Assembly: GCF_006345805.1 (NCBI RefSeq)
Contig: NC_042998.1
Span: 175,584,001 to 175,648,000, forward strand
From: Octopus sinensis
Lineage: Eukaryota
DNA: 64,000 bases
Direction: 5' to 3'
The position numbers and the translations under genes are program-made. Position 1 is the stretch's first letter. The number at the start of each line of letters is the position of its first letter. The notes under the pieces were generated by a model. The model had not been told where the DNA came from, made no database searches, and saw only the letters and a program-made list of their open reading frames with translations. Shown one piece after another: positions 50,968 through 63,587 of this stretch.

Positions 50968-51564
50968 GGCGGCGAGCTGGCGGCAGAAACGTAAGCACGC
51001 CGGGCAAAATGCTTAGCAGTATTTCGTATGCCGTTACGTTCTGAGTTTAAATTCCGCTGAGGTCAACTTTGCCGTTCATCCTTTTGGGGTCGATCAAATA
51101 AGTACCAGTTACGCACTGGGGTCGATGTAATCGACTTAATCCCTTTGTCTGTCCTTGTTTGTCCCCTCTGTGTTTAGCCCTTTGTGGGTAGTAAAGAAAC
51201 AGGTATTTCGTCTGCCGCTACGTTCTGAGTTCAAATTCCGCCGTGGTCGACTTTGCCTTTCAGCCTTTCGGGGTCGATAAACTAAGTACCAGTTACGCAC
51301 TGGGGTCGATGTAATCGACTTAATCCCTTTGTCTGTCGTTGTTTGTCTCCTCTATATTTAGCAATAAAGAAATAAGAAACTTTAGCACGCCGGGCGAAAT
51401 GCTTAGCCGTATTTCGTCTGTCTTTATGTTCTGAGTTCAAATTCCGTCTTTCCTTTCATCCTTTCGAGATCGATAAATTACGTACTAGTAGCGTAGTGGG
51501 ATCGATCTAATCGACTGGTTCCCTCCCTCAAAATTTCGGGCCTTGTGCCTAGAGTAGAAAAGAA
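50968..51564 (+). mobile_element. Head-to-tail trimer of a third tRNA-SINE family (MetaSINE-like central segment)
   Basis: Three repeats of GGTATTTCGTCTG..GAGTTCAAATTCCG..GCCTTTCATCCTTTCGGGGTCGATAAA..AAGTACCAG. Flanked by 17-bp direct repeats TAYGCTTATTACACGAA (50951-50967, 51565-51581). Confidence 0.85.
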
Positions 51565-53225
51565 TACGCTTATTACACGAACTAGCAAATAACCATGCTT
51601 TGGATCCTCCTCACTGGCAACAACGACAGTCACACCCACACTGTCTCTGTCGTTGTCGTCCCGTCAACCATAACTGACCATATGATGTAAAGCATTCCAG
51701 CTGTAAGTATTCTATCTCTTCTAAGACGGTAAAGGTATAATTTGATGAAAATTTGGCTACCATTTCTCGCAATTGGAAACACCACATAGAAGCTCACTCT
51801 TTGGTTTGTCAATATGCTTATTACACGACCTAGTAATCCCGAAATACATTTAATCTAATTTAATTTTCCCTTTGAAATTTTATCTCCGAAACTGCCGAAT
51901 GGATTACATGAATGTTTATAAACCGTGAGACCAACTGAAGCGCTTGGTTGCACTGATGCTTTTTTTGTTTTCTTTTTCTTTCTTTTATATATATATATAT
52001 CGTGTACATACATGTTATATATGTAACAAAATCTGTAGTTAGGAACTATTTTTCACTTTGTTCCTTCTCAACAAACTTTCAGGTACGGTGATGCGCGTGT
52101 AGTCGTAAGGGTATAAGTAATTAAAAGGAAGTCATGCTGACATTTCTAGCAGGTCAGACGACCACATCAAAGCATGTAAATTCTACAAACGACATTATTT
52201 CCCTTACGTGTACATTACCTTATTGGTTGGTACCAAGCGAAACAACGAATCTTAGCTTACTTAAAAAAACAATTAAAAAGAGGAAATCAATTATATACAT
52301 TATATAAAAAATGTAGGCCATATTTTAATAATTCAATATATATATATATATTATATTATATTTGTCTATATAACTGGCATATGTATGAAGATATGTAAAA
52401 TTTACTAATTCATAGTGTCTGCATTTCTGTCCGTCGTCCTGACAAACACAACAGTACAATAATAGTACTTTCACTTACATCTGAATTTCGTGGCGACGCT
52501 AACATATTCTTTACTAAAGAGAAATTCGCATAACTTTAGCTGCACATGTGTGTGCGTATTATGAAATGATAAAAAACAGTCGATGTTTAAATCCGTTTAT
52601 CTCTGTCGATATAGTTTACGGTATATCATTAACTATGTGTATTCACAACTGGTACCCACTAGTAAAATAACCTAACATAAATGCATCTCAGCTGGAATGA
52701 AAACAAAAGAGCTTAAGTGCTCTCATCACTTTTGACAAGTGCTAGAATATTTCTGACACACACAGTAACGTTTCGTTTGGGTTAGGGTTAAAATAAGTCA
52801 AGATGTGTGAAATTATCTATACACATAATTATAAATCTTTGTATACATCATATACAAATAAAATATACGTTTATAAGTTTTTATTTTGTCAATGAAGCTA
52901 ATCTTTAATTTTTTTCCTTTTTTTTTCTAAATGCTCAATATACAACATCGATATAATCTTAATGAACGAAAGCCAGTGCATCTCCTACAGGAAACGAGCA
53001 AGGAAGAGGAAATTTCGAAATACCTTTTTCCCTTCCGCAAGACAAACCAATTTAGGTTCTAGTATTTAGGTAGGCGTTACAGTATTACGCGTATTTTGCT
53101 TTGTTTTCTTTTCTTTTCTTACTTAATGTTCGTACTTAAAGCAGATCGGGGTTTAATGTGAAATGAATATTTATAAAACATATATTGCTATAACATAATT
53201 AGTACAGAATAAATAAAATATTTAC

Positions 53226-53233
53226 TTGCTCAT
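53226..53233 (-). CDS. BIN3: BIN3 copy A exon 1 coding part (ATG AGC AA, MS-K); assembled CDS is 251 aa
   Basis: ATGAGCAA/gtaaat: 8 coding nt, phase 2, the same architecture as recalled for vertebrate BIN3 (ATGAGCTG). Lies in a CpG-richer promoter-like region. Confidence 0.8.
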
Positions 53234-53903
53234 TTTCTGGTATTATATTTCCAACCACATCAGTTGACGATGTTAATGGATAGATAACTCTGCTGTCAAT
53301 GGTTCTGCGAGGTACGTGTACTTATCATCTTTAATTGATATTCCGTGTTACTGTTTCAAGCATCTGGCGAAACCCTAAACGTCACAAAATTCTCCGCTTT
53401 TCTTTTTCTTTTCTTCTTTCTATTTTGTCTTTGTCAGAACCAATCAAATGCCTGAAGAAACAAAGAAACAATTCACCGTTACGAACGAAATATAACACAC
53501 CCAGCCGCACCAAATAGTTTACTTTGTATTTATACTATTGGAGTTAACGAAAAAGAAAACAAAACAAAAACAACTATACATTCTGGATAGGATGGAGCTG
53601 GTAGCAACCTATTTCGGTTAAGTTTATTATGTTAAGTTTATTATATTAAGTTTATAACAAAGTGAAGCATTAAAAAGCTAACTTGAAATATTTATGCAGG
53701 AAAAGGGGTGGGGGGAATTTTGGAAATACCCGAGGCAATTATGTTTCAGTATTATTATGATCTCATCAGCGAACTTTGTCATTCATATTTCCAGTCGTTA
53801 AGTGTAGGGTATCTTCTAGATACTGGAATCGATTTAGTTGATTATATTTCTTGATTCAAACCTATCTGATTAAATCAACAATACGATTTTCACATACACA
53901 CGG

Positions 53904-53947
<44 letters not shown>

Positions 53948-55869
53948 ACGTATGTATACCTATTTCTTTATTACCCACTAGGGGCTAAACACAGAGGGGA
54001 CAAACAAGGACAGACATAGGTATTAAGTCGATTACATCGACCCCAGCGCGTAACTGGTACTTAATTTATCGACCCCGAAAGGATGAAAGGCAAAGGGTTC
54101 GAACGGAACCTACAAAGTCTTGTTACTCTGTTCGTCACCTGGTTCGTATATCAGTAAAGAAACTCGATCAAGTTAGTGGTTTGGGCATGTTTCTTTTTTG
54201 GTGGTTGTATGGTCTTCCTATGACTAATTACTTCATAGAGTGGCTGGGTTCATTTTATGATATCACCAGCGCTAAAGAAAATATTTGTAGAGTCCTCTCT
54301 AACTTGTCTGAAGGTTCTTTCTCTCTTTCATTTTTTCTTTCATTCATTCTTTCTTTCGTTCTTTCTTCCTGCCTTCTTTTCTGTCTTTTTGCCCAGTTAT
54401 TATAATAAACAAGTTGCATTTGCTTAGACTTTGGTATACTCTGCTCAGTATAGTTTTTGACATGTTAGCGAGTATGTGTGTGTGTGTGTGTGCGATAGAC
54501 GTCACCAGGATATCTGTCAAGAGACAAGCAGACAGCCAGCAGTTAACTTGCGCCAGTCAAGCAGCCAACATAGAACTACATATTCAGCATGAACGACCCA
54601 ACACTTTAGCAGTTGCGGAACGTAAACAGACACGACCGAATGACCAATGCATACACAGACACAAAACATACTGGTTCTACCTCATCACATCAACACAGTA
54701 TTTCCCCTGTTTATTTTTCTACTTCGCCAACTCGAAGCAATTTGGTAATGTCATGTAGTGAATTTTCTGGTGTATACAACACGTAAATGCAAGTGTTGAT
54801 TAAATAAGTTATTTAAACCATAATCCGATGCTTTCCCATTGTTTTACTTTGATGTCATCCACATGCCTATTTCATCTGCTGCCTCGACAGCTTTTGCTAT
54901 ACCATCCACTACAGCTGTTATGAAACTAAATTTATATTGTATAAATGATATGTATGTATGTATGTATGCATGCATGGTCGGCGACTAAACTGGTGACCCC
55001 ATCAAGCTTGCTTGGTGAGGAGGGTGATTGTTGGACACCCTCCAGGACGAAAAATAAGACCTGTCAAATGGGGAAGAGCTCATGAGCAGTCAAAGGCCAT
55101 CTGACAATATGTATACATGTGTATGTATGCGTGGGGACATGGGAATAGCTGGGTTGGTGTCCAGGAATGTGGTTGGGCCACTGGGAGCAGAAGGCTCCTC
55201 TCTTGTTGTCACATGCCTCTAGGAGAGGGACTCTCCAAGAGAAAACCTGTAACATGGACAATATTCAATGATGTTGGCAAGTTCTTCTTTTCGAGTTTAT
55301 GTTGTCCATGTTCAGAGAGTATGACTGGATTTGTGCAAATCCCTTCTCCACTATAAAAAAAAAAAAAATATCCTCATGCGCAGGCATTGCTTGAAAAAAA
55401 CGTAAGACCTATCATAAAAATGGCTAGTCGTAGCTTTCGCCAATGTGGGACTTTCGATCAGGTGTTGGCAATACTCAAACACAAGTTTGCAGCCTTCATG
55501 TAGGTAGGTAGGTGCAGTATGGCTGAATGTTTAAGGAGTTAGTTTCAAAGCAATGAGGTCTCCATACAATTGCATGGGGTTTTGGGCGAGTGGTATTGTT
55601 TATTTGCAACTTTGTCACACAAGGTTCTGCCTAAGTATCACATTAGACGCACACATATGTATGTGTGTATGTCTTTTCCTTCTTTTTGCTTATTAGCATT
55701 CTCTCTCGAATAAGAGAATCAGTTTTGAATACAATAACAAAAGCTTCATTACTGCAGTTTGGATATTAATAGCTATAACTGTTACATCTCTATATTTATG
55801 AAAGTCTCGTATATTTTTACTATTCCATGTACAGATAGTATTTACAAAGTTCATGCTAGTCATTTTCTT

Positions 55870-56433
55870 TTTTTACTTGAAAATCCTAGCTAACTCCAAA
55901 TTGAGGTAGACAGCTCTTTGAAAGGACTTGGAGCAACTATCATACAAGATGGCAAACCTTGCATCGAAAGCCCTTGACAAAACTCAGTCAAACTACCCAA
56001 ATATCGATCATGAAATGCTAGCTGTGGTATTTGGAATCACCCGTTTCCACACATACCTTTACAGACATCCATTTGAAATCATCACAGGCCACTATCCCTG
56101 GAAGTGATTGCAAAAAAAAACCCCGTCTTCAAGTACTACCCCAACTACAAAGGATGCTCCAGAAAATTCAGGGATATGATTCCAAAATCAAATACCGCCC
56201 AGGGCATGCCATGACATTGACTGACAATCTCTTTCACCTCTCAATCTGTGAAGACAATGAAAACATTGAGAGTGGATGGGATCGAATTGACTATGGGAGA
56301 AACCCACCAATCTGAATTTGACCTTGTCAATTTTTCCATCAACAAACATTACCAATTGCATGAGTTCACCAGCAGAGATTCTACTTTGGTTATACTGATG
56401 GAAACAATCACCTATGGGTGGGGAGACAACATC
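55870..56433 (+). mobile_element. Ty3/Gypsy pol fragment (RNase H and linker), truncated at the duplication junction
   Basis: TQSNYPNIDHEMLAVVFGITRFHTYLY..PFEIIT.H.PLE, LQRMLQKIQGYD.KIKYRPG and TITYGW motifs, with frameshifts. Confidence 0.9.
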
Positions 56434-57293
56434 AATAACAATTAAGCTCAATTATTGTATGATGAGTTTAATGTATCAAAGAAGAAAAATAAAACAAAAA
56501 ATAACTCAAATCTGTCCATTTACAATTGCCTTTTAATTTGACTTCTGTAATTTGTTTAATTTAAAATTGTTTGGGATCTTAGGAGTATGAGTATTGGATC
56601 AACCTAAAACACCCAGTGGTTCAAAAAGGCTGAAGGCAGTATAGTACTATAGTAATAAAAGATTTAGTTCTGAATCCTTAAAAAAGTAAGACCTGCAACA
56701 TGTGTTGCAATTACTACAAGATAAATCCATCGCTGATATAATGATGGTCTTCAGATCATGTCAGCATTTTATTTTTCTCATCAATGAATACATATTTTAC
56801 AATCTTGGAACCTGCATTTCGCAATCTGGGACATTCATCTCATAATCTAGCAAATGCACAACAATCTGAGATATACATCTCACAATCTAGGGCATGCGTT
56901 ACAAGATCTGGCACATGTGATAAACAATCTGAGGCATTTATTTCTTATTTCTTTATTGCCCACAAGGGGACAAGCAAGGACAGACAAAGGGATTAAGTCG
57001 ATTACATGATGCATTCATTTCTACAGTATCATATTTTACAGGATGAAAATTTCATGATAAAAGTAATGTGATGACATTTATGAAACAACAAATGTGTAGA
57101 ACAATCTTTGTTATTGAGTCACTCCAATAGTTAGTAGTTTGCCAAATTTAAAGTAGTCCAATGTTTAAAATGGATTTCTTCAGTGGATTTCATATGAATA
57201 AACTTCATTCATTATATAAAAAGGTATTTGATTTTTTTTTCCCTCATATAAAATCTCTTTTTGATTTAATATTAATTAATATTAAGTAATTAA

Positions 57294-57434
57294 TCAGCCA
57301 ACTATGGCTAATGCCTTTATATCTGAAAGTTTCTGTTGTATTCTGTTGCCATATTCTTCACTAGTGTATGTCTCTGGGGCAAGATGGCCAGCTAACTCAC
57401 TATAGATTTTGTAACATTCAGAGTTGTAGGCAGC
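57294..57434 (-). CDS. BIN3: BIN3 paralog B exon 10 (AAYNSECYKIYSELAGHLAPETYTSEEYGNRIQQKLSDIKALAIVG*)
   Basis: ttctacag acceptor, 141 nt, intact. 5 substitutions versus copy A. Confidence 0.9.
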   Translation of the reverse strand, partial: AAYNSECYKIYSELAGHLAPETYTSEEYGNRIQQKLSDIKALAIVG

Positions 57435-58702
57435 CTGTAGAAAAAAAAGAAAAAAAAAAAGAGTCAATGATTAAAACCTTCTTTATTGATTTCTTTAAGC
57501 AATGACAGATTTATCCTAATTAAATATCCCCAACCTCCTTTAACCTCAGTACTCACTTCTCCAACCAAATCACAACTAAGGAGACTATCTAAACATGACA
57601 GAGTAACCTCCACTTGACCATCGCTCTGTAGTCTTCTGTCTCAATAATCTCCATGAGAACACACCACTTACATTGATGCACATACATACACTGGCATATA
57701 CACACATTAAGACACTTCCTACACACTTAAGGATCAACACTGAAACCAATGAGGGAGCTTCTATGCAGTCAATCAGCTTGCTAGAAACAGTGCTTAATAT
57801 ATTAAAAAAAAGGGAATGGTCATGGTTAGATTGCTTCTTTGATTGGAGGTCAGGTGGATGAGGACTGACATGATGCTGTAAAAAGAATCTACCTCAATGA
57901 ATTCTGTCTGAGCCATGCAAGCATGGAAAAGTGGACATTAAAACAATGATGATGATGATTTTTCAATTGTTGGCATCATGGGTCAAATGAAACTTCCCTG
58001 AGACAGATTTTCTATGGCCAGATACTCTTTCTGTTACCAACCCATACCTATTTTCCAAGTAATACAAATTACAAATATATGCATAATATATATGCTTAAC
58101 TGGTACCCATGCCATTGGCATATAAAAAGCACCCACTACACTGTTGGAATGGTTGGCGTTAAGAAGGACATCCAGCCATAGAAACCATGCCAAATCAGAT
58201 TGGAACCTGGCATAGCCCTAGAGCTTACCAGTTTCAGTCAAACCATCCAACCCATGGAAAATGGACGTTAAATAATGATGATGATGATGGCTGTGTGGTT
58301 AAGACATTTGCTTCCCAATCATATAGTTCGGCACCTTAGGCAAGTGATTCATATAATAGCCTTGGATGATTAAAGCTTTGTGAGAGGGTGTAATAGGAGG
58401 AAATTGAAAGAAGCCCATTATGTATGTTTGTGTGTGTGTGCACGCGTGCATGTGCATGTATGTATGTTTGTTAGTCGTAAAGCATTATCACTGTCATACA
58501 ATTACTTTTCTGTGAAAACATGTCTGACCATGGGGAAATATTACTTTGTTCAGAAACATGTGAGTGTTGTTGAGAGGAAGGGCATCCAGCACTAAAAAAT
58601 AGTCTCAACATCTCTCATCTGACCCATTCAAGTATAGAAAAGCACAAACATGGGTACAAGTGTGTGTGTGTGTGTGTTAAAATCTCATAATATGAAACCA
58701 AC

Positions 58703-58837
58703 CTGAGATTTGATTAATGCTTCAATACATGGTTGATAGTAACTAATTCGGTGATCATTTAGTTTAGGTATACCTTCCTTTAAGGCTGTGTGTAGTTTAT
58801 TGAACTCTTCTTTGACTGGCATCAAGGATTTCTGGTG
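58703..58837 (-). CDS. BIN3: BIN3 paralog B exon 9 (HQKSLMPVKEEFNKLHTALKEGIPKLNDHRISYYQPCIEALIKSQ)
   Basis: Splice sites intact, 135 nt open. 13 substitutions versus copy A. Confidence 0.9.
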
Positions 58838-58918
58838 CTGATAGAATTTAACATAAAAAAAAGAACCCAAAAAAAAAACCAAAAAAAAACAGAATAATCA
58901 CTTGTTTAAAAGACAAAG

Positions 58919-60610
58919 TATTGGGTCATCGCATAAATAATACAGTTTTTTGCAATTGCATGAACTAAAAGTCAGAGGTAGATGGGATCAACTACCTGCA
59001 TCGACTTGCTATAAAAGCAGGTAGTAATTTTACTTTGTACTTATTCTTAGTGCAGGTTTTGAAGAGTGCAGTTCAATTTTAACAGTTATTTTTTTCAAAG
59101 CTATAATGAAAGTGAGAAAGGAGCATATTTGAAATGTTTTGCTCTATGAGTTCAATAAAGGCAACGATGCAATGGAAAGTGTGAGGAATATTAATGCAGT
59201 ATATGGGGATCGGACAATAAGTGTAAACCAGTGTCAACGGTGGTTCCAGAAATTCCCAGCTGGAAACTACAGTCTAGAAGACAAGCCTTCTCCTGGAAGA
59301 TCTGTAGAGCTTGACAATGGCGTCCTGTAAACCCTGGTGGAACAAAATCCCATTATAACTGTTGAAGAACTAGTGCAGAAGCTTGGATTTGGTCATCAAC
59401 ACCTGCGTGCCATTGGAAAAGTCAGAAAATTGGGTCAATGGGTTCATCACAAACTTTCCAAGTCTAATTGCACACAAAGAGTGAATGTGTGCTCTTTTCA
59501 CGAATGTACCTTTTTTGGACCCTAATAGTAACTGCTGATGAGAAATAGGTTCTCTATAAAAATGTCAAGCACCAAAGACAGTGGGTAGGTAAAGGAGAAA
59601 CAACGGCACCCCAAGTTAAAGAAGGCCTTCACCTATGTAAGGTAATGTTATCTGTTTGGTGGGATATGAAAGGTGTAGTGACGCCAGGTTTTAGATGCCA
59701 TGTGCAATGTTTGGTGTCTTCCGGTAGGCCTGCCAGAAGTCCCCTTATGCGCATGCACAGTAATCAGCAGCAGTTAGCTTTTCTCGCTATTCGATCTCTT
59801 GGCTCTTGGCGGTCGACAAATTAAGATATGACTCGGCAAGGCTCCGAGCGGAGGTGAACCAGACGTGGTGGGTGGTGAAGACTGTTTCAACCATGGAGAT
59901 TTAATCCAACTCTGCTGTTTCCTATCCCTGGTTTTCACGCTTCTGATGTCCAGCGATGAAATATCTCCTTCGGTGAAAAAATAAACTATCATTGTTATTT
60001 GTTCAGAGATTCATGTTCCTGCCATTTCATTCCTTTCTACAACATTGTAGGGAAATGTGTGAAGCACCCAACAAGTGCAGATATCACACATAGATAGATA
60101 ACAATCCTACAAAGGTTTAGTCCACTTTGAACTTTTAAACCCAAACCAAACGATAACAAAGGAGATCTATCATAAGCAGCTTGAGCGGCTTAAGTCAGCG
60201 TTAGAAGAAAAATGACAATTTTTGGTTTCAAGACAAAAGGTGTTCTTCCATCAGAATAATGCTTGGCCACATACAGAAGGATGACTTTTCAAAGGCTGGA
60301 GCAGTTTGAAATGATGCTTCACCTACCATATTTGCCAGACATTGCCCTGTCTGATTATCATTTATTCTGTAGTCTTCAAAATTATTTGGATAGGAAAAAT
60401 ATGAATTCTGTAGATGAGGTCTACTGGAAGAGTATTTTTCATCACGGACAAGTAAATTTTGGAAGAGGGTCTTGCAAGTCAACCAGATAGATGGAAGAGC
60501 ATTGTAGAAAATGAAGGAGTTTATTTTAGATTAAAAAAGAACTTTGTTTATCTTAATTTTGAAAAATAAAAGAAGCATAAAAATCGCATTATTTACAGGA
60601 TGACCCAGTA
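58919..60610 (+). mobile_element. Degenerate near-full-length mariner inserted at TA, specific to copy B
   Basis: TATTGGGTCATCGCATAAATAA / TTATTTACAGGATGACCCAGTA TIRs. Translations LLYEFNKG, CQRWFQKF, LEDKPSPGR, KLGQWV.HKL, VMLSVWWDMKG and HLPYLPDIALSDYHLF. Copy A has the empty site CAAAGTA.ATACAG. Confidence 0.93.
59674..60111. mobile_element. Solo-LTR-like insertion nested in the mariner transposase
   Basis: Starts TGTAG, ends CTACA, 4-bp direct repeat AAGG on both sides (59670-59673, 60112-60115). Splits the WDMKG/LVHFELL coding sequence. AATAAA near 59990. Confidence 0.75.
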
Positions 60611-62753
60611 TATACAGAGTGTATAAAGATAAAAAAGAAATTGGTATAGTAGCGTACACTTGAGTGAAATTCCTCTCCTTTCTATTATATATACATACAT
60701 ACGAACATAGTAGATAACAGCAAGCCTTTGGCTGCATTTTGGACCCTGTTGTGTCCACTACTCTGATTGGTTGGTATTGGTGCAATTCATCTCTTGCTCT
60801 TTCACGTGTCAATATGCAAACCAACCAATCACAGCCTTCAAATAAGATCACATGTGACAGCCTGTTTTCTACCTCAGCTGAGCCTACAACTCCTTGTAAA
60901 AAACCTCACTTTTTTTGTCTCGATGTCATCTGGTTCCAGACCTTTTAAGGTTTAGCCACTGACCACACAAGACACCACCAGTTCCAGTGACAACACAACA
61001 GCAGCCACGTGGAGACTCATCAACTTCATCCAACAGCATTCAGTGACCTCCATCCCCATCACCACCATTTGTCCTAACGTCAACATCTCTCTAAGTACAC
61101 ACCCAAGTTACAACACTGCACTGTTCATGAACTGCTTCACCATGGATCAACAGTGAATGTACATCTTGTGAGAACTCTTGTACCAAGTGAGCTTGGCAGC
61201 AGCACCACAGCCACAACTTCATGTACGACATGTACCACAACCAGCTCTGCATCATTGCCGCAACTTATTGATACAGTATTTCAACTATCATGTACAATTG
61301 ACTACAAACTGGTGTTTATCATCCTTGTGTCTATGAACTTAGTCCTCACTTCAATGGCTATAGACTCTTTCACTGTCTCTTCTTCATTGCCATCCTTGTA
61401 TGTTCTTAACGTGCATACATCTAAGCCTACATACACATGCATACATCTTATTCTTATGATGGCCTGTCTATTATTCTGTATATATGACGCATATATGATT
61501 ACACATGTTAACATACCAATAAATCTTCCCTTAAACATACTACCCGGTTGTGTCTCTTATTTACCTCTGGCACATATATGCATTGTTCTATTTATATTTA
61601 TTGTACCAACTGTGTGATGTACTGAGGAGCCATTCTCATCACCTCACTTCATATGGACGTCACAAATCGGCGACCCATTCCAGCTCCTTGAACTACGAAA
61701 CAATTATAATGGGAGAATGAGATATTCCACAGGTATCTAAACCTTCTATTTCATTATAGTATCTTTGATTAAGGTACAATTGATGTTTGTTAACATCACT
61801 GATGAACACTAGCTTAAGACTAGTTGCCAGGTGATCTGGCTAGATATAGCACTTAAAAGGTCCTTGAAATCAGCTTCTGTCTTGCAAGAAGAAAAGACAT
61901 ACTCGATAATGTAGTGGTGGATAAACCATACATGAAAATAAGACAGAAAGCCTTTGAATCATATGTTTGCTTGATCACAGCTGTCAGGGACTAAACAAAC
62001 AGCCCAAATGTAGATTTGAAATCTTTTACCTCTCCTGAGGTTCAGAGTCCAATGGCTTTCTAAACAATATCTTCTATCTTTTATCCATTTTCTTATGCTG
62101 ACATGAGAATAATAGTTTTGAAAGTGTAGACTTTGTACACTATTGCATATATAGATAAATTCTCACAGCTATTCACCCACCAATGAAGTAGAGTGGAATC
62201 TGTTAGTTCAATAGGGAGACTAAAGTAAAGAGATATTCTTTCAACCATAGATCAGAGTGGAATCTGTTAGTTCAATAGGGAGACTAAAGTAAACAGATAT
62301 CCTTTCAACCATAGATCAGAGTGGAATCTGTTAGTTCAACAGGGAAACAAAGGTAACAGTAAGAGAAACAGAAGGAAGCTATGTTAGATTCATATGCAGT
62401 TTATTAATTCTATGACAAATGGGCTCTTCAACCGAAAGTCTTATTTTTTGTAGGCATGGCAGTGTGATTAAGAAGCTTGTTCCCTAAATGTGTGGTCTCA
62501 GGTTCAGTATCATTGTGTGGTACAGGAGTCTTCTGCTACAACCTCAGGCCAACCAGAACCTTGTGAGTGAATTTAGTTGACAGAAACTGAAAGAAGCTCA
62601 GTGTGTGTGTGTGTGTGTGTGTGCATGTGAGCACACGCAAATGGATGTATGATTGCTACTGTTGAGTTTAGAGCTCCACGTAGATTATCATCATCCAGTC
62701 TTCTTCCAGTATAGTTTTTTAGTCATTGCTATATTTAATAGTATTATTATTAG

Positions 62754-62958
62754 CATGCCGGGCGAAATGCTTAGCGGTATTTCGTCTGCCGCTACGTTCT
62801 GAGTTCAAATTCCGCCGAGGTTGACTTTGCCTTTCATCCTTTTGGGGTCGATTAAATAAGTACCAGGTACGCACTGGGGTCGGTATAATCGACTTAATCC
62901 ATTTGTCTGTCCTTGTTTGTCCCTTCTGTGTTTAGCCCCTTGTGGGTTGTAAAGAAAT
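62754..62958 (+). mobile_element. tRNA-SINE (same family as 50968), specific to copy B
   Basis: Absent at the corresponding copy A site (about 32128). Flanked by GTATTA[T/C]TA direct repeats. Confidence 0.88.
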
Positions 62959-63587
62959 AAGTATTACTACTTATGATATACAGGGAACAAATATAGGATA
63001 AACTGTGATAAACACAAGTTTATACCATTTGTTCGTATGTTTTTAACAGTATTGAACATATGGGAGAAAATGCAGTTAGGGCTGAGAATATTTGAAACCA
63101 CTGCTGAGTTGAGATACTTGCTGTATTTCAGATATATTGACTAGATCCTTCCTTCTGCTATCAGGTTAATGAATGACACATGGTGTTTTCCTTGATAAGT
63201 TATGTGTTTCATATGGAATTATCATGAGAGAATAGGAAGACAGTTTGCTGTTACCTTTCTTCAGATATTTTTTATAAAATACAAGCTACAAAGAAGTTGA
63301 CCACACCTGCCTGGGCACTTGGAACAGGATGGTCCAGACCAAATACCACAAGGTATTTTGCTCAACACTAACAATTCAGTTAGTCTATCACTCTAGACAA
63401 GAACTTTATTTTATCAACTCTGGAAAGATGGAAAGCAAAATGAACATTGGTGTGACATGAACTCACAACATAAAGCATTGAAACAAGCTGCAAAGTATTT
63501 TCTTCAAGATTAACATTTTTGTCAATTACGTAAAGATTTGGTGGAGATTATAATAAAAACATTGCAAAGATAACAAGTGAACAATAC

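Noticed and set aside
61153-61617. 154-aa plus ORF
   Set aside because: Low-complexity Thr/Ser and hydrophobic translation inside an intronic insertion, with no motifs or splice context.
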